DNA of 64,000 nucleotides from Candidatus Zixiibacteriota bacterium (GCA_036397555.1 DASWIS010000007.1:7583-71582), one strand, 5' to 3'. Counted from the stretch's first letter, positions 30,156 through 40,051 are shown. A program made the numbers and translations. The notes: generated by a model not told the origin, from the letters alone.

Positions 30156-31664
30156 ATGGCCATCGTATCCGATCCGCAAAAGGTGCGACAATCGCACTTC
30201 GCCGCCGCCCACAACGGGTTCTATCCCGATGATCCGGTGGCGCTGACCAAGCAGTTGGCCGAGCTGTTTCGCAAGGCCGATCGCGCCGAGGTCGATGGCG
30301 CCATCGCGGCTATCATCGCCCCGCATGCCGGGTACACCTATTCCGGCGCGGTCGCGGCGGCCGCATACAAGCAGATTCAGGGATTGGCGTTCGACACGGT
30401 CGTGGTGATTGCCCCGTCGCACCGGGCGTTTTTCCGTGGGGCGGCGGTCTATTCCGGTGGCGCCTACCGCACGCCGTTGGGGGATGTCCGCGTCGATTTG
30501 GATTTCTGCCGACGGTTGACTGCGTTTGATCCGGTGATCGCGCTCTCCGATTTGGGTCACGACGCCACCGGCGGCGGCTGGGAGCATTCGCTGGAGGTGC
30601 ATCTCCCCTTTCTGCAAATCGTGTTGGGACAATTCGCGTTGGTGCCCGTGGTGATGGGCGATCAGGAGTATCAGACCGCCAAGAAGCTCGGCGAACACCT
30701 CGCCCGACTGGCGACACTGGACCGCACGCTGATCGTTGCGTCCTCGGATCTGGCGCACGGGCATCCGTACGACGTCACACGCCGTCTCGATGACACCGCG
30801 GCGGCGGCGGTCGAAGAATTCTTTCCCCCCGACTTTTACGATCAGTATGCCTCGGGGGCTTTTGAGGCGTGCGGCGGCGGGCCGATGACCGCGGCAATGA
30901 TCGCCGCGCGGGCGATGGGCGCCGACCGTGCGCGGGTGATCGACCGCTGCAATTCGGCCGATGTGACCGGCGAACGCACGGGGTACATCGTCGGGTATCT
31001 GTCGGCGGTGATGTACCAGTCCTCGTCAGTGGTGCGGTCCATGGAGAATCGAGAGCGCCTATACGTGCCGGATAATTCCGACGACACAACGCACGCCAGA
31101 CCCGGCGCGCGCGCGCTGCTCTCCGAACACTTCCTCTCGCCGCCGGAACGGGACATCCTGCGCACGACCGCGCGCCGCTCGATCGAACGGGCGGTCAAAG
31201 GCGCGAAGTTTGAGTGTCCGACAGCGTCGAGTGAGACACTGCGCGCCAAGCGCGGCGCCTTTGTCACGCTGCGCCACCATGGCGCGTTGCGCGGCTGCAT
31301 CGGGTATGTGCGGCCGTACAAGCCGCTCATCGATGCGGTCTGGGAGATGGCGGAGTCGGCGGCGACGCGCGATCCGCGTTTTGTGCCGGTCTCCCCGGCC
31401 GAGGTCGACGAGCTGGAGATCGAGATCACCGCGCTCTCGCCGTTGCTTCGAATCTCCAACCCCGATGATGTGCTGGTCGGACGGCATGGGGCGGTCGTCA
31501 CGCAGGGGCATCGCACCGGCGTGCTGTTGCCGCAGGTTCCACTCGAAAACGATTGGGACCGGGAGACATTTCTGACGCACGTGTGCCGCAAGGCCGATCT
31601 GCCCGATCTGGCCTGGCGCGATCCGAAGACGACGATCGAGGTGTTTACGGCGGAGGTGTTTTGA
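30156..31664 (+). CDS. Fused Memo-like (AmmeMemoRadiSam protein B) and AMMECR1 (protein A) protein
   Basis: The N-terminal half has IAPHAGYTYSG and other MEMO1-type blocks. The C-terminal half has the AMMECR1 blocks RGAFVTL and LRGCIGY. Confidence 0.85.
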   Translation: MAIVSDPQKVRQSHFAAAHNGFYPDDPVALTKQLAELFRKADRAEVDGAIAAIIAPHAGYTYSGAVAAAAYKQIQGLAFDTVVVIAPSHRAFFRGAAVYSGGAYRTPLGDVRVDLDFCRRLTAFDPVIALSDLGHDATGGGWEHSLEVHLPFLQIVLGQFALVPVVMGDQEYQTAKKLGEHLARLATLDRTLIVASSDLAHGHPYDVTRRLDDTAAAAVEEFFPPDFYDQYASGAFEACGGGPMTAAMIAARAMGADRARVIDRCNSADVTGERTGYIVGYLSAVMYQSSSVVRSMENRERLYVPDNSDDTTHARPGARALLSEHFLSPPERDILRTTARRSIERAVKGAKFECPTASSETLRAKRGAFVTLRHHGALRGCIGYVRPYKPLIDAVWEMAESAATRDPRFVPVSPAEVDELEIEITALSPLLRISNPDDVLVGRHGAVVTQGHRTGVLLPQVPLENDWDRETFLTHVCRKADLPDLAWRDPKTTIEVFTAEVF

Positions 31665-31691
31665 AGCGCGTACCCGGCAGGTCGTTCTGAA

Positions 31692-32387
31692 ATGTCGATG
31701 TCTGCGCACCGTGTCATCGGCCGGCTCAGTGATGACGTGCGGCTGTTTTTGGACCGGCACGTATTGGGATTGCAGCCCGATCCGGAGACCGTCGCGCCGC
31801 CACGTGATGTCTCGGCGTTAGTCTTGCCGAACGGAATCGACCGGTCGGATGTCAACGGACCGGCGTGGATTCTGGAGCGCGAGCATCTCGCCGCGTGGCC
31901 GAAGCGTCGCACGGCGATCGGCGCACAGGCATACCGTTTCGAGCGCAATGCCGAGTATGATTGCGGGTGGCGGTTGGTCGATGTCGCGTCGCGGTTTGTC
32001 AGGGCACGGCACGCCGTGCCCCTGCGGACAGATGAACGACAGACAGTGTCGCATTTTGATTTGGTGACAATCGTGCCGCCGCCGCTGGTGTGCATGCGCG
32101 TTTCGGCGCTGCCCTGGCTGGCGCAGCGTCTCGCGGCGATGTTGCATGCCGAGTACCGCGACGATGTGATCCGCGTGAATGCGCCGTATGCGCAGCATCC
32201 CGACATGGTGGCGCGGCTGCCGGTGACGCCGACGGAATTGTTTGCGATCGATGAGGCCAGGGCCGTTTCGGGTCGCGGCGTGCTGCTGTGTGACCGGCGA
32301 TGGCATAAAGGACGGACGATGACAATTCTGACGAAACTGCTGGCGCGTCACGGCGCCGGCGTCACGCGGTTGACCTGGTTGGACTGA
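31692..32387 (+). CDS. ComF-like (degenerate phosphoribosyltransferase-type) protein
   Basis: The C-terminal VLLCDRRWHKGRTMTILTKLL resembles the PRTase loop of ComF. LVTIVPPP resembles the ComF VPVP block. It is coupled to dprA (TGATG). A family B palindrome lies in frame, so the start is uncertain (alternative GTG about 32046). Confidence 0.45.
   Translation: MSMSAHRVIGRLSDDVRLFLDRHVLGLQPDPETVAPPRDVSALVLPNGIDRSDVNGPAWILEREHLAAWPKRRTAIGAQAYRFERNAEYDCGWRLVDVASRFVRARHAVPLRTDERQTVSHFDLVTIVPPPLVCMRVSALPWLAQRLAAMLHAEYRDDVIRVNAPYAQHPDMVARLPVTPTELFAIDEARAVSGRGVLLCDRRWHKGRTMTILTKLLARHGAGVTRLTWLD
32000..32027. repeat. Palindromic repeat, family B, inside an ORF
   Basis: CAGGGCACGGCACGCCGTGCCCCTGCGG is translated as RARHAVPLR within ORF 31692-32387. 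Confidence 0.8.
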
Positions 32388-33271
32388 TGAGCGACGATAC
32401 GCAGACACTCGACCGCACGATTCTCTATGCGCTGACAGTGCATCTGCACCTGTCGCCGAGGATGATCTTCGCGTTGGTCGCCGAGCACGGCTCGACGCAG
32501 GATGTCTGGGATGCCGAGTTCGATGATGTCGCCGCCGCGCTCGGTCTGGAAGAAGACGCGCGCGAACGCTGGGCGCTGGCGCACAACAGTCTCGACTTGA
32601 TCGCCGAGGAGTTCGATCACATCACGTCCGACTCGGTCAGCGCACTGGTCATCGGCGACACGGCATATCCCCGGCGCCTCGAACGTTTGGGCGATCCGCC
32701 GCCGCTGTTGTATGTGCACGGGGAATCGCCCGACGGGGAGACGCCGTGTGTCGGCGTGGTCGGCACCCACGAGGCCGACGCCGAGGGGATCGCCGATGCG
32801 GTGGCGTGGGGACGCGGACTGGCCGAGCGCGGTGTCACAGTGATCTCCGGTCTGGCGCGCGGGATCGACGGCGGCGCGCACACCGGCGCGCTGGCGGGAT
32901 CGGGCAAGACAGTCGCCGTGCTCGGGAGCGGCTTCGCCAACATTTATCCCCCCGAGCATCGCGGCCTGGCCGAGCAGATCACGACCCAGGGCGCGCTGGT
33001 CTCCGAGTACCCGCCGAATGCCTCGATCACCAAAGCGCGGCTGATCCGCCGCAACCGGCTGATCGCCGCCCTCTCGGATGCGCTCGTGGTGGTGCGGATT
33101 CACGAGGGCACGCGCGGCACGATGGAAGCGATCGACCGGGCGGGCGATGTCGCGACACCGGTTTTCATCGTCGCCAGCGACACGTCGGAGGCCGCCCAAC
33201 GCGCGATCGTCAGCGGCGCGATTCCCCTCGGACGCATTCCGGATTTCAATTTGGTGCTGGGGAGTTTTTGA
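32387..33271 (+). CDS. dprA: DNA-processing protein DprA/Smf
   Basis: YPRRL, VGVVGTHEA, ISGLARGIDGGAH, AVLGSG, YPPEH and RNRLIAALS are present. Confidence 0.9.
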   Translation: MSDDTQTLDRTILYALTVHLHLSPRMIFALVAEHGSTQDVWDAEFDDVAAALGLEEDARERWALAHNSLDLIAEEFDHITSDSVSALVIGDTAYPRRLERLGDPPPLLYVHGESPDGETPCVGVVGTHEADAEGIADAVAWGRGLAERGVTVISGLARGIDGGAHTGALAGSGKTVAVLGSGFANIYPPEHRGLAEQITTQGALVSEYPPNASITKARLIRRNRLIAALSDALVVVRIHEGTRGTMEAIDRAGDVATPVFIVASDTSEAAQRAIVSGAIPLGRIPDFNLVLGSF

Positions 33272-33315
33272 ACGGATCAGTCGATTGGGGTCCGAAATCC
33301 GACAATTACGCGTTT

Positions 33316-33369
33316 GGAGATTTCTCACCGCTCCCTCGCACTGCGTGCGAGGTCGGGATTCGGAACGAC
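33316..33369 (-). repeat. Dispersed repeat, family C (GTCrTTCCGAAyCCC - hairpin - GTGAGrAATCTC)
   Basis: Its reverse complement aligns with the plus-strand copy at 33413-33467 and with 51744-51803. Confidence 0.7.
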
Positions 33370-33412
33370 CGCTCCGTATCCGTTGATCAGGTAAAAGTCA
33401 GAGCGATTCAAT

Positions 33413-33467
33413 GTCATTCCGAACCCCCGAGCCCCGCCGAGGGCGGGATGGAGGGGTGAGGAATCTC
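33413..33467 (+). repeat. Dispersed repeat, family C
   Basis: GTCATTCCGAACCCCCGAG, then the hairpin CCCCGCC/GGCGGG, then GGTGAGGAATCTC. Confidence 0.75.
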
Positions 33468-33589
33468 TGGCGCGACAATACCGCCCATGCAAGTGCCGCG
33501 TCCGGACGGCGGGTATTCGACCGGGATCCGGGAACAGGTGACAGGGCTGGGAAACCCGGCGCCGACGGAACAATCTCGAAATCCTGTGC

Positions 33590-34381
33590 TTACGTCAGCG
33601 TGTAGCCGCCGTCGACGATGATCGTCTGACCGGTAATCCAGCGAGCGGCGTCGGTGCAGAGGAAGACCACGACACCGGCGACTTCATCGGGCGTGCCGAT
33701 CCGCCCGAACGGTGTCCGTCGCACCACCTCGCGCACCATGTCATCGTAATTGGGAAACGACTTGAGCGCGTCGGTGTCAATGAAGCCGCCGGAGACGGTG
33801 TTGACATTGATGCGACGCGGCGCCAGTTCGTAGGCGAGATAGCGTGTCAGAGTTTCAATCGCGGCCTTGGAGATTCCGATCGCCGCATAGCCGGGGATGT
33901 AACGGATCGAGCCGAGCGAGGAGAGCGCGACGATCTTGCCGCCGTCGGGCATCATCGGCACCGCCTTCTGCGCGCAGAAGAGCATCGCCTCGGCGTTGGT
34001 GTGCAGCGACAAGTCCCAGGCGCGTTCGTCGACCTCCATGATGTTGGCAAACAGACCGAGCGCGGCATTGGAGACCAGAATATCGACCTTGCCGAAACGG
34101 TCGCCGACTTCGTCGAAGAGCTTGGCGTGGAAATCCTTGTTGCCGATGTTGCCGCGCACCGACATCGCCTGCACGCCGTGTCCTTCAAGCTCGGCGACGG
34201 TCTCGGCGGCGGCGCTGCGGGAACGGAAGTAGTTGACCACCACATGGCAGCCGCGTGAGGCCAACCGGACCGCGACCGCGCGGCCGATCCCTTTGGTGCC
34301 GCCGGTGATGACCGCGACTTTGTCTGTAAGGTCGCGCGCCATAACGGTTTGCGGATTCTCGGCGATGGCGGAGTCGGGCAT
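33590..34381 (-). CDS. SDR-family oxidoreductase, enoyl-ACP reductase FabL-like
   Basis: [20 protein letters not shown] and a YxxxK context ([10 protein letters not shown]) are present. The start is uncertain (34381 or 34342). Confidence 0.75.
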   Translation of the reverse strand: MPDSAIAENPQTVMARDLTDKVAVITGGTKGIGRAVAVRLASRGCHVVVNYFRSRSAAAETVAELEGHGVQAMSVRGNIGNKDFHAKLFDEVGDRFGKVDILVSNAALGLFANIMEVDERAWDLSLHTNAEAMLFCAQKAVPMMPDGGKIVALSSLGSIRYIPGYAAIGISKAAIETLTRYLAYELAPRRINVNTVSGGFIDTDALKSFPNYDDMVREVVRRTPFGRIGTPDEVAGVVVFLCTDAARWITGQTIIVDGGYTLT

Positions 34382-34846
34382 GGACTTTTCCGGACGTTTG
34401 CTGATCCATCCTACCAAACTGCCCAGGCAAAGGCAATACCATAACCGCCATCGACATGCGCGGCCGCACTGACAAAAGCCGAAATGGTTCGGAACCGATT
34501 GGATTTGGCGGGTATTATTTTCTTGTGGGGTTCACGCTCGCCGCATATACTGGCGCCCGACCGTTAGACTGAAAACGTCGGTCAGACGCCGAAGGGGGCA
34601 GCGACGGTCGCTCTGCAAAACGATGACCAGGCATCTTCGCCGTCAGGTCCACTTCACATTCAATCCATAAAGGCCCCACACGTGGGCCGGCGCGAGCGGG
34701 CGTCAGTTCGATTCGGCATGCGTCTATGAGTTCAGCATGGCACCGTTCGTTCATTGGGCGGACGGAGTATCCAATGGGGGATGGGACATAACAGTGCAGT
34801 AAACCGTATCACAACGCTTCGGAGAGACCCGAAGAGGGAGAGTCAC

Positions 34847-35440
34847 ATGCACAAGCACATCAAATGGACGCTGATCCCGCTGATGTTGATCGCCGTCGGG
34901 TGCAGCAAAGCCCCGGTCGAGGATTTCAGCATGGCCGATCAATCCATCGAAGGCGCGCGCATGTCGAAGGCGGAGCAGTTTGCCTCCGAGGAATGGCGCA
35001 TGGCGATGGATACGCTGGAAGCGGCCAAGACCGAGAAGGCGAAGCAGGATGACCGTTTCACCATGTTCCGTTCGTACGGCCACTCCAAGGAGCTGGCGCA
35101 GAGCGCGGCCCGTCTGGCCGCCGAGGCGAAAACCGCCGCGGAGCAGGAGATCGCTTATCGTCGCCAGCAGGCCGAGGAACAGATCGCCTCGGCGCGCGGC
35201 CAGATCGAACAAGTGTCCGCGCTGTTGGCCACCGCACCAGTCGGCAAGGGCAATCGCGCCGACATCGAGCTGATGAAGCAGGATCTGGAAGCGATGAAGC
35301 TGGTGCTCGATGAGACCGCCGGCGACCTCCAGCGCCTCGATTTCGATGCGGCCGCGAGCAAGACGCAGACCGTGCTGGACAAGTGCGCGCAGATGACGAC
35401 GGAACTGCAGGCGGCGATTCAGAAGAAGAGCCGGGCGTAA
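34847..35440 (+). CDS. DUF4398-like lipoprotein
   Basis: Lipobox LIAVGC. Helical region with SIEGARMSKAEQFASEEWRMAMDTLEAAK. GAGGGAGAG precedes the ATG. Confidence 0.7.
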   Translation: MHKHIKWTLIPLMLIAVGCSKAPVEDFSMADQSIEGARMSKAEQFASEEWRMAMDTLEAAKTEKAKQDDRFTMFRSYGHSKELAQSAARLAAEAKTAAEQEIAYRRQQAEEQIASARGQIEQVSALLATAPVGKGNRADIELMKQDLEAMKLVLDETAGDLQRLDFDAAASKTQTVLDKCAQMTTELQAAIQKKSRA

Positions 35441-35587
35441 TCGCCTATCCGGCGTCGTGACGCACACCGCGATCGCCCGATGCGATTCCCATCGACGATT
35501 GCCTGAATTGGTCCGACAGTCGCCCCGCCCGCGGCAGCGGACGGGGCGATTTCGTACGTACAATACAATCGGGGGGGGCAAGACCCA

Positions 35588-36691
35588 ATGCGTGTACCTC
35601 GTTGTGGCACCGCGCTGATTACTGGAATGCGACGGCACATTGTAATCATGGGAGTCGCGGCACTGATGATGTCATCGTGCGGATCCGAGCCGGTCAAAAG
35701 CGCCGACCCGGCCTGGCGGGCGCTCGGTGAAGCCGAACGCGTCGGCGCGGCGGAATACGCCCCGGAGCTGTGGCTGTCCGCTCAGCAACTGTACGACTCG
35801 GGCTGGACTGTCTTCACTGCGCAGAAAGGGCGTGTCCCCGGATTTCGTCACTACGACGTTGCCGAATCGCTGTGGGCGAAGGCGGAACGCACCGCCGAAA
35901 CCGCTGCCGACTCGGCCCTGGAAGCGCATGCGCGTCACCGCGCGCGGCAGGAGCGCCGCCTGAGTGAATTGACCAATGCGCTGGCGACCTACGAGACCAT
36001 CGCCGAAGAGCATTTGAGCCGGATGCGCTTGCGCCGGCCCCTGGTGCAGGCGACGCTGAATTTGGAGAATGCCCAACGCCTCATCGAGCAAATGGCCGAA
36101 GCGCGGGCAATCGATGATGCGCTGGTGAGAGCGGATGCATCGATCAGCGCGCTGGCGGCGACGATCGACGGCCACGCGCCCGATCCGTCCGACCTGACCG
36201 CATCGCGCCATGCGATCGAACGCACCGTGGCGTGGTCGGCGCGAACCGACTCGGCCGCGATGATCGTCGTCAAGGAGAGCCGCACCGCCTATCTGCTCCA
36301 TCGCGGACGGATGATCGCGCAGTATCCCGTCGAACTGGGTTATCGTCCCGAGCGGCAAAAAGCGCGCGCCGGCGACGGCGCGACGCCCGAGGGTGAATAT
36401 CGCGTCACCATGTGGCGCAACAAGGGCAGCAAGTATTACAAGGCGCTGATGCTGGATTATCCGAACGAACGAGACCGCGTGCGCTTCGCTTCAAGCAAAC
36501 GCAATGGCGATGTACCGCGGCACGTCGGCATCGGCGGAAATATCGAGATTCACGGCGAGGGGGGCCGCGGCAAGGATTGGACCGAAGGATGCGTGGCGCT
36601 GCGCAATGATGACATGGACGAAGTCATGAAGCGAATGAAGGTCGGCTGCTGGGTGACCATCGTCCGTCACGTGGGAGAGTGGCCGTTATGA
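35588..36691 (+). CDS. L,D-transpeptidase (YkuD) domain protein with DUF4398-like N-terminal region
   Basis: The C-terminal IEIHGEGG...TEGCVAL provides the catalytic His/Cys context. The N-terminal AAEYAPELWLSAQQLY is a DUF4398-like helix. Confidence 0.8.
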   Translation: MRVPRCGTALITGMRRHIVIMGVAALMMSSCGSEPVKSADPAWRALGEAERVGAAEYAPELWLSAQQLYDSGWTVFTAQKGRVPGFRHYDVAESLWAKAERTAETAADSALEAHARHRARQERRLSELTNALATYETIAEEHLSRMRLRRPLVQATLNLENAQRLIEQMAEARAIDDALVRADASISALAATIDGHAPDPSDLTASRHAIERTVAWSARTDSAAMIVVKESRTAYLLHRGRMIAQYPVELGYRPERQKARAGDGATPEGEYRVTMWRNKGSKYYKALMLDYPNERDRVRFASSKRNGDVPRHVGIGGNIEIHGEGGRGKDWTEGCVALRNDDMDEVMKRMKVGCWVTIVRHVGEWPL

Positions 36692-37326
36692 CCCGGCGTC
36701 ACGGGTACATACTGGGCGTCGTCATCGCGGGGGCCGTCATCGCGTCGGTGCCGTTGCTGTCGCGCGGTCAGCCGGGCGCCGTCGTTCCCGACAACTCGCT
36801 GGCGCTGTTGTCGGCGCAGCGGCTGGCGATGGTCCCGGCCGACGAGCGTCCTCCGCGTAAGACTGCGAAGAACACGCGTCCGTCGCGCAAACCGTACGTC
36901 GTCATCGACACGCACACCAATCGCATCTATCTGCGCACCATCGACAGCGTGCTGTTTTCCGCACTGTGCTCAACCGGGACCGGCGCCGAATTGACCGACT
37001 CGACTTCGGGACGCTCGTGGCGATTCGACACGCCGCGCGGCATCTTCACGGTCAGCTCGAAGCTCTCCGATCCGCTGTGGCGCAAACCCGACTGGGCATT
37101 CATCGAGGAAGGCGAACCGCTTCCCAACGATCCCGAGGAACGCTTCGATCCCGAGGCGATGGGCGAGTATGCCATCGGTTTCGGCGATGGATACTTTATT
37201 CACGGGACAATCTACGAGCGTTTGATCGGCGTGGCAGTCACGCACGGGTGCGTGCGTGTCGGCTCCGACGATCTGCGGCAGATTTACAAGCGGGCCGACA
37301 TCGGCACGCGGGTCGTGATTTTCTGA
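36688..37326 (+). CDS. L,D-transpeptidase (YkuD) family protein
   Basis: FIHGT...THGCVRV is present. The ATG overlaps the previous stop (ATGA). Confidence 0.85.
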   Translation: MTRRHGYILGVVIAGAVIASVPLLSRGQPGAVVPDNSLALLSAQRLAMVPADERPPRKTAKNTRPSRKPYVVIDTHTNRIYLRTIDSVLFSALCSTGTGAELTDSTSGRSWRFDTPRGIFTVSSKLSDPLWRKPDWAFIEEGEPLPNDPEERFDPEAMGEYAIGFGDGYFIHGTIYERLIGVAVTHGCVRVGSDDLRQIYKRADIGTRVVIF

Positions 37327-37928
37327 TGCATGCATTCAGATCAATTGCGCTGCCTGTCTTGTTCGCGGCCGTTATGGGCGCGACCTGTCATGCGCAGAGC
37401 GATTCCCTGCGCGCGCGATTTGCGAGCGATACGATCTACTACGCATCCATCGACGGCGCGCATCGCCGGATCGCCTTTGCGTACGGCGCTTATCCTCTCG
37501 TTGCGGTCAGCGTCGCGCCCGACGATTCGGCCGACTGGAACGATTTCGTTGCGGCGTTTACCGAACGCACGAGGGCATGGCAGAGCGTGCGCGACCGCGT
37601 TCTCTGGGATGGGACTGCGCACGTGCCGGAGAATGTGGTCGACGTCGTCTCGAAAGTGACCCGGGCGACGCGCGAGCACATCCAGCGCATCCAGCCGTGG
37701 CGGTTTCAAATCGAGTTGAGCGGGAATCTGACGTTGCGCATCGCGGTCGCCGATTCGACCGGCGACGGGGCGGCGCTGAATGAGCGGATGCACAATGCGT
37801 GGCGATGGCTCGGCGCATTCGGCTCGCACCGCGCGGTCGACTGCACGGTCAGCGCCCAGGACGCACAGACACTGTACTACGCGCTGGAGCCGGGCACCCC
37901 GGTCGTGCTGCTGAATCGCCGGGAGTGA
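37326..37928 (+). CDS. Hypothetical secreted protein
   Basis: Signal peptide MHAFRSIALPVLFAAVMGATCHA. The start overlaps the previous stop (TGATG). It is in the frame of ORF 36966-37928. Confidence 0.65.
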   Translation: MHAFRSIALPVLFAAVMGATCHAQSDSLRARFASDTIYYASIDGAHRRIAFAYGAYPLVAVSVAPDDSADWNDFVAAFTERTRAWQSVRDRVLWDGTAHVPENVVDVVSKVTRATREHIQRIQPWRFQIELSGNLTLRIAVADSTGDGAALNERMHNAWRWLGAFGSHRAVDCTVSAQDAQTLYYALEPGTPVVLLNRRE

Positions 37929-38052
37929 TAGAAAAGAATCCGTTTTGCAAAACCCCACCCAGTAGCTATAGTGGATTGTAGCCTGAATTCCTTCGTCGCG
38001 CCCCTTCGCGTCGAAAGAGGCCGCTGTGACAGCGTGGCCATACACACACCGC

Positions 38053-39954
38053 ATGTCCCGCCTGATTCTCTGCGGCGTACTGGTTTGCGCGATGCGTGTC
38101 ATTTCGCTGCCGGCGGCGGAGAGCGGCGATCCGCGGTATGATCTGAAAATCCTGAAGGACCGAGTTCGGGGATCGGAGCCGAAATCGAAATCTGCTGCCA
38201 CTCCGATCGGCAACGGCACAGAGCAGCCAGTACTGGCCGGTCCCATCCTGCCGCCGGTGTCTGTGCCATCGCCGGGGATGATGCTCGGCCAAACCCCGGT
38301 TGAGGAGCAACACCTGGCATCACAAGGCAGGCAGGTGGCGCGACAGCCGGGTTCGAATTTCGTTCATTTCACCTGGATCGATTCGTGTTGGATTTGTCTG
38401 GATCCGTGGCCCAACCTTTCTTCACAAAATGTCTATGCGTGCTATGACATCGCGCAGGACGTTCTCATTCCGGAATTTCCCAGCCCACATTTGTGGCCGG
38501 ACTATGGATTCGCGGGCGGCCCGCGCCTGGACGTCGATTCCGACAACCTGGCGCACGTTGTTTTCCACATGTATCCCGATTTCGGAAGTGAGACATACAG
38601 TTTGTGGCACGTTTATTTCCCCATTGAGGGAACCGCCGACATACTACTACCAGAGGAACTTCCGTTACTCATTCCATTTCCACCGTCGACAGTCTTCCCC
38701 GATATAGCGGTCGCGGCGAATGCAGGGGTGCACAAGGACAACGCCAACGATGTCTTGCATGTCATTGCGACATCTCCTGCGGACGAGAGCGGAGCGCCAC
38801 CGCACATTATCGCGTACTGGCGATACGATTACAGCAACCCGGACTGGCCTGCGCCTGTGATCATCGATTCCACCGACATCATCGGGTATGTCATCGATGC
38901 GGCCGATGGGACCGACAAAGTCGCGGTCGCGTTCCATACGAGCTACGATCCGTCGTTTAACGGCCTCAACAACATCGCTCTCCGACAGTCGCAGACAGGC
39001 GGGGCAGGATGGTTGAGCGGCAACGAGTTGGGCGACGACACACGCACGATCATCACTAACTATACCGATCCTGCGACACCGGGGCCGCAGGCATACGTGC
39101 ACATCTCCATCGCCTACGACCATGATGCCAATCTGCATTTAGTCTGGGATGAGCAGCGCCGGGCCAACTTGAGCGAGCAGGTGGCGATCAAACACTGGAG
39201 CAGCGCGACACAATCGATCAGTACCGTGGCGAGGGGATATTATCCCAACAATGGGAACTGGGAGTTCAATCTTAATCTCGCCAAGATCACATTGGGTGTC
39301 GGTGATGGCTCGACCATGTGCACTTCATACGGACCGAACGAAGACTTTCTGTATGTTACCTACTCGAAGCACTGCGGCGAGACACCGGAAGAACGGGGCG
39401 ACACTGCCGTCACAGGGCGCTGCAACAGCGAATTGTATTTGGTTATGTCACCTGACGGCGGGAGTCATTGGTCCAAACCCGCCAACCTGACGAATACCAA
39501 GACGCCGAATTGCAATGCATTGAATGCGGACAGCGTCTGCGTCTCGGAGGACTGGGCGACCATCGGACGGGATGTGTCGGATGTCGATATCTTCTATATC
39601 GCCGATCTGAATCCTGGTCCCTACGATGCCGCAACGGGCGAGAGGATCAATGTGGCCATGTACCTGAGATTATCCGGGGGCACGACCGATGATCCGCTGT
39701 TCTGTCCGGGGTGCCATTGCCCGTGCCATGGTGATCCGAACTGCGACGCCATCATCAATGTTTTTGATGTTGTCGCCGCAGTGGACGCCGCTTTCCGCAG
39801 TGTCCCCTGCGAGGAATACCTTCTTTGCGCCGTCTGCGACTCCGACATCAATTGTGACGGGATGGTCAATGTTTTCGACGTCGTGACGTTTGTCGATGTC
39901 GCGTTTCGCGCCGGTGATCCCGTCCTTCTCATCTGCGATCCGTGTTCAATGTAA
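38053..39954 (+). CDS. Secreted BNR/Asp-box-containing protein with C-terminal dockerin-like module
   Basis: Signal-like MSRLILCGVLVCAM. Asp-box SPDGGSHW. The C-terminus duplicates DPNCDAIINVFDVVAAVDAAF and SDINCDGMVNVFDVVTFVDVAF. Confidence 0.8.
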   Translation: MSRLILCGVLVCAMRVISLPAAESGDPRYDLKILKDRVRGSEPKSKSAATPIGNGTEQPVLAGPILPPVSVPSPGMMLGQTPVEEQHLASQGRQVARQPGSNFVHFTWIDSCWICLDPWPNLSSQNVYACYDIAQDVLIPEFPSPHLWPDYGFAGGPRLDVDSDNLAHVVFHMYPDFGSETYSLWHVYFPIEGTADILLPEELPLLIPFPPSTVFPDIAVAANAGVHKDNANDVLHVIATSPADESGAPPHIIAYWRYDYSNPDWPAPVIIDSTDIIGYVIDAADGTDKVAVAFHTSYDPSFNGLNNIALRQSQTGGAGWLSGNELGDDTRTIITNYTDPATPGPQAYVHISIAYDHDANLHLVWDEQRRANLSEQVAIKHWSSATQSISTVARGYYPNNGNWEFNLNLAKITLGVGDGSTMCTSYGPNEDFLYVTYSKHCGETPEERGDTAVTGRCNSELYLVMSPDGGSHWSKPANLTNTKTPNCNALNADSVCVSEDWATIGRDVSDVDIFYIADLNPGPYDAATGERINVAMYLRLSGGTTDDPLFCPGCHCPCHGDPNCDAIINVFDVVAAVDAAFRSVPCEEYLLCAVCDSDINCDGMVNVFDVVTFVDVAFRAGDPVLLICDPCSM

Positions 39955-40051
39955 GTCAGATTGGGGGGGGCACACGGGCCCGCCCTTATGTGCACACTGG
40001 CACTTTCCGGGACAGCCCAGATCGATCGGCCATCGATGGGCACGGAGGGCG

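Noticed and set aside
29867-30214. Long N-terminal extensions of tracked ORFs (29111-30214, 30003-, 3428-, 4310-, 15098-, 28375-29142, 59569-, 22931-23860)
   Set aside because: The extensions run through intergenic repeats or overlap neighbouring genes. Internal starts with Shine-Dalgarno-like sequences give proteins of normal family length.
34418-34846. Riboswitch or sRNA in the 430-nt spacer upstream of the DUF4398 lipoprotein gene
   Set aside because: I found no match to motifs I can recall (for example c-di-GMP GEMM). Only generic small hairpins are present. This is left for an Rfam scan.
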